Shown: positions 54,697-61,592 of the stretch, one piece after another
Layout: the number at the start of each line of letters is the position of its first letter
Position numbering within the stretch: the first letter of the stretch is position 1
Assembly (NCBI GenBank): GCA_964510455.1
Contig: CAZECO010000003.1
Coordinates: 1 to 61,592 of the forward strand
Length of the DNA: 61,592 nt
Direction: 5' to 3'
Origin: an uncultured Actinomycetes bacterium
GTDB lineage: Bacteria > Actinomycetota > Actinomycetes > S36-B12 > GCA-2699445
Position numbers and translations under genes: made by a program
The notes under the pieces: generated by a model
Database searches by the model: none
Seen by the model: the letters and a program-made list of their open reading frames with translations, nothing else
What the model was told of the DNA's origin: nothing

Positions 54697-57183
54697 ATGA
54701 GCCAGCACCATTCCGCCACCGGTACCGGGACAGGTGCAATGGACGGTTTCGTGTGCCCGATGCACTCCGAGGTCACCGGCAGCGGGCCCACCGACTGCCC
54801 CAAGTGCGGCATGCGCCTGGTGCCGGCCGCCGGCGCGGCAGCAGGGGAGCACCACCACGACCACGACCAGGCCCCCAGCCACCACGACCCTCACGGCGTG
54901 CACGGCGGCGGGGCGGCATACGACGCCGCGTACGGATGCCCGATGCACCCTGAGGTGACCGGCGATGGGCCGGCGATGTGCCCCAAGTGCGGCATGCGCC
55001 TGGTGCCCGCCGCCGACACGGCAGCCGATGGCCACGGCGCGTCTCCGGCCAAGCCGCCCGCGATGACGGCACCTGCGCCGCGCGCCGCGAACGCCCGCCA
55101 GTACACGTGCCCAATGCACCCGGAGATCGTGCGGGACAAGCCGGGCCGCTGCCCGATCTGCGGCATGCACCTGGAACCGATGGTCCCAACCGCCGACGAC
55201 GACACCGCGATGCGTGAGTACCGGGACATGTCGCGCCGGTTCTGGATCTCGGTGCCGCTGTCCTTGGTGCTGCTCTCGATCACCGTGCTCGGCTTCCCGC
55301 CGCTGACGGCGGAGGTCCAGCCGTGGGCGGAGCTGGCGCTCGCGACCCCGGTGGTGCTGTGGTGCGCGGGACAGTTCTTCCTCTGGTTCGCCGCCTCGGT
55401 CCGCAACCGCAGCCCGAACATGTGGACCCTGATCGGCCTCGGCGTCGGCGCCGCCTACACCTACTCGGTGGTCGCCACTCTCGCCCCGGGCATGTTCCCC
55501 GAGTCGCTGCGCGACGACGACGGCATGGTTCCGGTGTACTTCGAGGCGGCAGCGGTCATCTGTACCCTCACCCTGCTGGGGCAGGTGCTGGAGCTGCGCG
55601 CCCGCGCCACCACCGGCGACGCGATCAGGGGTCTGCTGGACCTCGCGCCGGCGACCGCCCGCCGGATCCGCCCGGACGGCGGCGACGAGGAGGTCCCGCT
55701 CGCGGCGGTCGTGGTCGGCGACCGGGTCCGCGTTCGGCCCGGGGAGAAGGTCCCCGTCGACGGGATCGTGGACTCCGGACAGTCAGCGGTCGACGAGTCG
55801 ATGCTCACCGGGGAACCGGTCCCCGCCGACAAGCAGCCCGGCGACCGGGTCATCGGCGGCACCCTCAACACCACCGGCGCCCTCGTCGTGACAGCCGCCC
55901 AAGTCGGCGCCGACACCGTGCTGTCCCGGGTGGTAGAGATGGTCGCCAGCGCGCAGCGGTCCAAAGCACCGATGCAGCGGCTGGCCGACCGCGTCGCAGG
56001 CAGGTTCGTGCTCGCCGTCATCGGCATCGCGAGCGCCGCGTTCCTGGTCTGGGGGCTGCTCGGCCCCGACCCAAGCTGGGGCTACGCCATCGTCACCGCA
56101 GTCTCGGTGCTGATCATCGCCTGCCCATGCGCCCTGGGCCTGGCCACTCCAATGTCGGTCATGGTCGGCACCGGCCTGGGCGCCAAGCATGGGGTCCTGT
56201 TCTCCGACGCTGCCGCGATGGAGAAGCTGCGGCAGATCGACACCATCGTCGTGGACAAGACCGGCACCCTCACCATCGGCCGGCCAACCGTCAGCGCGGT
56301 CCTGCCCGCGGACGGCTGGACCGAGCAGCAGGTCCTGCACTACGCGGCCAGCGCCAACCGGGCCAGCGAGCACCCCATCGCGCGTGCGGTGCATGCTGCG
56401 GCGCAACGCGCAGGCCTGCAGCTGGCCGAGCCCGATCAGTTCGAGGCGGCCCCCGGGTCCGGGGTGCGGGCAACGATCGATGGGCGGGCGATCGTCGTGG
56501 GCAACATGGAGATGTTGCACGAGGACGACATCCGCCACGACCACGCCCTCGACAAGCGGGCCGAGCCCGGCGCCACCGTCATCAGCGTCGCCGTCGACGG
56601 CTCCCGGATCGGGATCATCTCCCTCACCGACGCCATCAAAGACACCACACCGCACGCCGTCGAGGCACTCCACGCCGACGGCATGACCATCGTGATGGCC
56701 ACCGGCGACTCCCGCGCGCCCGCGCAGCGGGTCGCGGAGGAGCTCGGTATCGACGCCTGGCACGCAGGGGTGAAGCCCGACGACAAGCTCCGCATCGTCG
56801 GCGACCTGCAACGGGAAGGCCGCCTGGTCGCGATGGCTGGCGACGGCATCAACGACGCCCCTGCCCTGGCGCAGGCCGACATCGGCATCGCCATGGGCAC
56901 CGGCAGCGACATCGCCATCGACGCCGCCCAGATCACCCTCGTCAAAGGCGACCTGCGCGGCATCACCGCAGCCCGCAGGGTGTCCACCGCGACCGTGCGG
57001 AACATGAAGCAGAACCTCGGCTTCGCTTTCCTCTACAACACCCTCGGCATCCCCATCGCCGCCGGCGTGCTCTACCCCGCCACCGGCCTGTTGCTGTCAC
57101 CGATGATCGCCGCCGCCGCGATGAGCCTGTCCAGCGTCTCCGTCATCGTCAACGCCCTACGGCTGCGACGCGCGAAGGTGTGA
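54697..57183 (+). CDS. copA: Copper-translocating P1B-type ATPase with three N-terminal CPMH..CPxCGM metal-binding repeats
   Basis: [31 protein letters not shown] and M..SS motifs. Confidence 0.95.
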   Translation: MSQHHSATGTGTGAMDGFVCPMHSEVTGSGPTDCPKCGMRLVPAAGAAAGEHHHDHDQAPSHHDPHGVHGGGAAYDAAYGCPMHPEVTGDGPAMCPKCGMRLVPAADTAADGHGASPAKPPAMTAPAPRAANARQYTCPMHPEIVRDKPGRCPICGMHLEPMVPTADDDTAMREYRDMSRRFWISVPLSLVLLSITVLGFPPLTAEVQPWAELALATPVVLWCAGQFFLWFAASVRNRSPNMWTLIGLGVGAAYTYSVVATLAPGMFPESLRDDDGMVPVYFEAAAVICTLTLLGQVLELRARATTGDAIRGLLDLAPATARRIRPDGGDEEVPLAAVVVGDRVRVRPGEKVPVDGIVDSGQSAVDESMLTGEPVPADKQPGDRVIGGTLNTTGALVVTAAQVGADTVLSRVVEMVASAQRSKAPMQRLADRVAGRFVLAVIGIASAAFLVWGLLGPDPSWGYAIVTAVSVLIIACPCALGLATPMSVMVGTGLGAKHGVLFSDAAAMEKLRQIDTIVVDKTGTLTIGRPTVSAVLPADGWTEQQVLHYAASANRASEHPIARAVHAAAQRAGLQLAEPDQFEAAPGSGVRATIDGRAIVVGNMEMLHEDDIRHDHALDKRAEPGATVISVAVDGSRIGIISLTDAIKDTTPHAVEALHADGMTIVMATGDSRAPAQRVAEELGIDAWHAGVKPDDKLRIVGDLQREGRLVAMAGDGINDAPALAQADIGIAMGTGSDIAIDAAQITLVKGDLRGITAARRVSTATVRNMKQNLGFAFLYNTLGIPIAAGVLYPATGLLLSPMIAAAAMSLSSVSVIVNALRLRRAKV

Positions 57184-57314
57184 GGCCGCCGGGAGGCCGA
57201 CGATCCGGCTCGTTGCCCGCTCAAGCAGGCACGGCAGCCAGCCGCTGAATGCCTGCCACCAGAAGCACCTGATTGGTACGCCTTTGAGGGAGCCGGATGC
57301 GACACGATCCCGGC

Positions 57315-57959
57315 ATGAGCGTCCACAGCGGCCCGGACTACACCAGCCCGGCGGCCCGCCGCGCGGTCGGTTATGCGTGGTTCACCATCGGCTACAACAT
57401 CGTCGAGGGCGTCGTCGCGGTCGCCGCCGGCATCGCGGCGTCCGCAGTGTCGCTGATCGGGTTCGGCATCGACTCCGGTATCGAGGTCGCCGCCGCCGTG
57501 ATCGTCCTGACCAGGCTGCTGACCGAGATGAAGGGTGGCGTGCCGGACCTGGGCAAGGAGCGCCGGGCGCTGCGGTTCATCGCCCTCACCTTCTTCGCGC
57601 TGGCGGGCTACGTGATCGTCAGGGGCGTCGTCTCGCTGGTCTCCGGGGAAGTTCCCGACACCAGCTGGGCCGGCATCGCGGTCACCGGGGCGTCCATCGT
57701 CGTCATGCCGTGGCTGGCGCGGGCCAAGCGCCGTGCCGGGCTGGAGATGAACTCCCGCCTGGTTGTCGCCGACGCCGCCGAGACCCGGCTGTGCGCGTGG
57801 CTAAGCGTCTCCACCTTCATCGGGCTGGCCGCGTTCGCCGCGTTCGGCTGGACTTGGCTGGACCCGGTTGCTGGGTTCGTCATCGCCGCCTTCGCGATCA
57901 TGGAGGGCAGGGAGGCATGGCAGGGCGAACTGGTCGAGTCCGACGACGATGACGACTGA
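57315..57959 (+). CDS. Cation-efflux (CDF-like) transporter, TM domain only
   Basis: 'YNIVEGVVAV.AG..AS.VSLIGFGIDS.IE' and 'WTWLDPVA'. Confidence 0.85.
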   Translation: MSVHSGPDYTSPAARRAVGYAWFTIGYNIVEGVVAVAAGIAASAVSLIGFGIDSGIEVAAAVIVLTRLLTEMKGGVPDLGKERRALRFIALTFFALAGYVIVRGVVSLVSGEVPDTSWAGIAVTGASIVVMPWLARAKRRAGLEMNSRLVVADAAETRLCAWLSVSTFIGLAAFAAFGWTWLDPVAGFVIAAFAIMEGREAWQGELVESDDDDD

Positions 57960-58405
57960 CCGGGGCCGATCGGGGGTCAGCGGTGGATCGAGTGCCCGGG
58001 GACCATGCCCGCGGGTTCGATCTGGATATGGAGCGCACGGCTGAGCGGTCCACCGCGACCACCCGGCCCACCCGATCGCGCAGCCATGCGACAGTGCCGG
58101 ATCGGCTACCTCGACCGCACCCGTCGCCCCTAGGTGCGTGGCCGTCACCAGCCCGCGTCCCCGTAGGCAGACACGTTCCTGCGCCTTGCCCGCACCGGTG
58201 GCGACGGTTGGGCTACATCGGATCAACATGGATTCTTCGCCGGAACCAGCAGGCTCAGGGACGACTATCAGTCCGTGGGAATGGTCACCGGCACTGGTAT
58301 CTAGAACCTGGGACAGTCCCGGCATTGTGGTATTTTCTGTGGCATATCAGGCGTTCCCAGCGGCCGGACGTGATGGCCCGGGAGCCGACCAGTTTGGGGG
58401 GCCAC

Positions 58406-59791
58406 ATGCGACGAGCGCAACACCTGACGGGAGTCCGGGGACGGAGCCTGGTGGCGCTCATGGGCCTTCTTCTGCTGGCGCCCGCCGTGCCGGCGGCCGG
58501 TGCCGCGCCTACGGTGGAGCGGACCGAAGCGGTCTTCGTCCAGTGCGCTGTGCAGGCCGGAGAGGCGCTGGTCGAGGTGGAAGCCAGCATCGACGGGGTT
58601 GGTGGCGAGACGAGAGTCGAGGTCTTCGTCTTGACCCCGACGGAGTTCGTGGCGCCGGACTTCGCGCAGCAGGCAGACATCGTCGTCGAGCCGAGCTCGG
58701 TCAGCGCGTCGCTCCCGATGCTGCGGTATCCGGCGGGTGAGCTCGCTGAGCCCGCCGGTGTGGCGCTCGTCGAGCTTGCGTTCGCACCTGTCGGCGAGCC
58801 GACGGTCATCCGGGAGCGCGTCGACACCGGAGAGAACGTCCGCAGTCGGACCACGGGGACGTCGCAGCAGCTCTCAGTGACCGGCTCAGTCATCGTTGCA
58901 GGTCTGACCGTCACCGATCTCAGCGGCTGCCAGGCAGAGCGCGTCGACAGGACCAGCTCGCAGACCAATCCTGACACCGTCGTCTCCGGCGCCGGTGGCG
59001 GGTGGGGGTACGACGCGCACTGCGTTGTGGACCAGGGCGACGGCTACCTCGAGCTCATCGTCGAGGGGAAGGAATCGGTCGGCTCCTTCGGAGTCGTGAC
59101 GACGGATGGCGTTTTCGAAGGTTCGATCCTCAACGGGGCCGCGCATCCCGGAGTGCTCACCGCCACGTACGATGCCACCGTCGACGGCATGTCGGTCGGT
59201 ACCGCGTCGACGCGCATCACCTCAAGCGACCTGATCAGCGAGGACAAGACGCTGGACACGCTCGGCCCATTCCGCCGGATGGTCCGTGACAGGACCTTCG
59301 ACGCCTCCGGGGAGCTGACCATGCCGGACGGCAGGGTCATCCCGCTCGCATGCGAGCTGTTCGAGTCGAACGGTTACGCGATCCTCCACTCACCGTCCGG
59401 TCCCCGCCCGAGCAACGATCTGCCGCAGGGTGCGCTGCCCTTGGCCGCCGGGCAGCAGGTCCAGGCCCGGACCAGTGGTGCCGCGCGGGAGCCGGAGGTC
59501 GGCAGCCAATGCGCGGAGGAGGGGCTGACCCACACGGTTTGGTACACGTTCACCGGAATCGGTGGCGACGTCACACTGGACACAGCGGGCAGTGACTTCG
59601 ACACCGTCATCGAGGTCTTCGTCTTGGGCCCGGACGGTGAGCCGGCCGGCGTCGGATGCGCCGACTACGCCGAGGACGGCAGCCGCATCGCCCGGCTCAC
59701 GTTGCCCACCACCGAAGGATCGACCTACCTCGTCCAAGTCGGCGGCTCAGACGGACACTCCGGTCGACTCACCCTGACCCGCAGCCCCTGA
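58406..59791 (+). CDS. Secreted hypothetical protein with a C-terminal beta-sandwich (PPC-like) module
   Basis: Signal peptide; C-terminal 'PSNDL...TVWYTFT..VTLDTAGSDFDTVIEVF..TYLVQVGG'. Confidence 0.75.
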   Translation: MRRAQHLTGVRGRSLVALMGLLLLAPAVPAAGAAPTVERTEAVFVQCAVQAGEALVEVEASIDGVGGETRVEVFVLTPTEFVAPDFAQQADIVVEPSSVSASLPMLRYPAGELAEPAGVALVELAFAPVGEPTVIRERVDTGENVRSRTTGTSQQLSVTGSVIVAGLTVTDLSGCQAERVDRTSSQTNPDTVVSGAGGGWGYDAHCVVDQGDGYLELIVEGKESVGSFGVVTTDGVFEGSILNGAAHPGVLTATYDATVDGMSVGTASTRITSSDLISEDKTLDTLGPFRRMVRDRTFDASGELTMPDGRVIPLACELFESNGYAILHSPSGPRPSNDLPQGALPLAAGQQVQARTSGAAREPEVGSQCAEEGLTHTVWYTFTGIGGDVTLDTAGSDFDTVIEVFVLGPDGEPAGVGCADYAEDGSRIARLTLPTTEGSTYLVQVGGSDGHSGRLTLTRSP

Positions 59792-59933
59792 CACGACGGA
59801 CCCTCCCAACGGGACCTGAGCAGCAGCGAGCGCCACCGACCGCGTCGAGTCCGATAGGCCGGCGGATCGCGCGTGGGAAAGCAGCCAAGAGCCCCTAGGG
59901 CACGAGGTTGACTATGCTGCCTGCTGTTCCGAT

Positions 59934-60452
59934 GTGCCCAGTGTGGAGAGGTTCCTAACATTGGCCTTATGTGTTTATTGGGTCAACGCCCTTCCGCCCG
60001 TCACTCAGGGACTCTTCGTCGAGGGCGGTTACGTTGGCGACATCGAAGACATCGGAACCAGCTGGGTGGCCACGCAGATCCTCGTGGTATCGGACCTTGT
60101 ACGGTCGCGCCAGTGGTGGACACAGGTCCTCGGCGCCGAGGTGTACCGCGAGTACGGCGGCTCCAGCGTGGTCCTGCGCTTCGCCGGGATGTGGCTCCTG
60201 CTGGTAACGGGTGGGGAGCCCACGGCGGACAAGCCTGAGGTCGTATTGGCGCCGCCCGCTTCCGCGTCCATGGCTGACCACCTCATCACGGTCCGGGTCC
60301 AGGACTGCCAGGCAGAGTACGAGTCGGTTCGGGCCCGTGGCGGAGAGTTCCTGACGCCTCCGCACAAGTGGGGCGCCGAGGTCCGATGCTTCCTGCGCGA
60401 TCCCGACGGGCATCTGATCGAGCTGTCGGGGTTGTTGGCGGCGACGCCCTGA
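59934..60452 (+). CDS. VOC/glyoxalase family protein (true start probably near 60030)
   Basis: 'ILVVSDLVRSRQWW..VLG' and 'WGAEVRCFLRDPDGHLIEL'. Confidence 0.85.
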   Translation: MPSVERFLTLALCVYWVNALPPVTQGLFVEGGYVGDIEDIGTSWVATQILVVSDLVRSRQWWTQVLGAEVYREYGGSSVVLRFAGMWLLLVTGGEPTADKPEVVLAPPASASMADHLITVRVQDCQAEYESVRARGGEFLTPPHKWGAEVRCFLRDPDGHLIELSGLLAATP

Positions 60453-60689
60453 ACGTGTGCTGCACTCGACGCCAGACGCGGTGGCGGGTGACCTGATGTA
60501 GCGGTGGCAGGCAAATCCTGAATTCGCATGTCCGCGTCCCGCGTCCCGATTATCCGTACGACTCGCAGCCCCATCCGTCGCCATCAGCATCGAGGCGGTG
60601 GTGGTCGGGGTATCCCGCGACGCAGGCAATTGCATACTCATGACTCAATGCCCAGCGTTCCATGCGACTTTCGCGTGGTAGACAGCGCC

Positions 60690-60950
60690 AGTGCCCCGAC
60701 GTCGTCGACATCTTCCCCAACCGGGAATCCGCGATCCGCCTGGTAGGCGCGGTCCTGGCCGAGCAGCACGACGAATGGGCCGAGATGCGCCGCTACATGG
60801 GCCTCGACGTCCTCCCCCGAGCACGCCTGACCGTCATCAACGGCGGCAACGACACGACCATCCCGGAGGTGACCACGGGACCCGCCCTCACCGCATAACA
60901 TCAACCCCACCGAGGGTCACGAACGCGACCGTTCGTACACCACCCCAGGC
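60690..60950 (+). mobile_element. IS256 3' remnant
   Basis: '[33 protein letters not shown]' followed by the end-like sequence TCGTACACCAC. Confidence 0.8.
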
Positions 60951-61538
60951 CGATGGCGAGTCAGATGACTCCGTGCTCGCCGAAGGCGGGCGCGAAGGCT
61001 TCACCCGGCATGGCGTACCGACCGCGAACACCTACGTGCCTGGGCAGTACAAGGCGTTCTGGGTTACCGGCTGCCCCAACCCCTAGGACATCTGATGGAT
61101 CGATCTTCACCAACAAGCGGGCCGGATCAGGGACGCAGGAGAAACTCGGCAACTGGGTCGCGCCCGCCTGTCGAGTCAGGGACCGGCTCCGACGGCGTCT
61201 CAGCGACCCACGTCGCCGGATCGGGCCGCTCAGGCAGACCCACGACCTCCAGTTGTGGCTCGTCCACCGGGTTGGTGGTGGCGTCGGACACAGGCCCTCC
61301 CAACCGACTACTGCTGTTACGTCGTTCTTAGACTAAGCCCGCCAGGCTGTGGGCGACGAAGTCACATCCGGATCAAACGCCAGCCATTCACCGTCTTACG
61401 GGCAAAGGACTATCGGCTGTGGACAGCGGTGGTGCCTGGCATGCTCCCGAGCCGTCTGCTCCATGTGACAGACCGGGAGGTCGTCACCAGCGCGTCGGCA
61501 TCTTGTCGCGGGGTCCACAAGAGGAGCATGGCGGAATG

Positions 61539-61592
61539 TGTCGGCGTCGGCTGAATACTGACCCCGGAGCGTCGGCCGAATCTTGACCCCTC
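61539..61592 (+). mobile_element. IS21-family terminal sequence, cut by the window edge
   Basis: Starts TGTCGGCGTCGG with repeated (C/T)TGACCCC blocks. Confidence 0.6.

Noticed and set aside
61100-61330. Group II intron or transposase fragment
   Set aside because: No diagnostic motif was found in any frame.

Overview
High-GC actinobacterial accessory region made of intact modules separated by IS remnants and gene fragments. From the left: the 5' end of a cysteine-synthase-family gene preceded by a leaderless Cys-Cys-ending sORF, an esterase plus ATP-grasp pair, and hypothetical genes. Next come an intact IS256 element with an 8-bp target duplication, a RelE/XRE toxin-antitoxin pair and an IS1634 remnant. 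A ~25-kb nitrate/nitrite respiration block follows: two ArnR-like regulators, a membrane-cupredoxin-NirK fusion, a radical SAM enzyme, DUF2249, YwiC, narGHJI, a TDT channel, narK and Moco genes with a molybdate transporter. After it are a pseudogene-rich stretch, a copper-resistance module, and an IS21 end at the right edge. The most unusual non-coding structure is three co-oriented attP-like sites (8.7, 14.1 and 48.3 kb). Each has a tRNA-Thr(UGU) 3'-half core flanked by GACTCACA repeats at conserved distances, and no integrase or intact tRNA is visible. Two of these sites bracket the whole respiration block. All family assignments come from motif recognition by eye; no database search was run.
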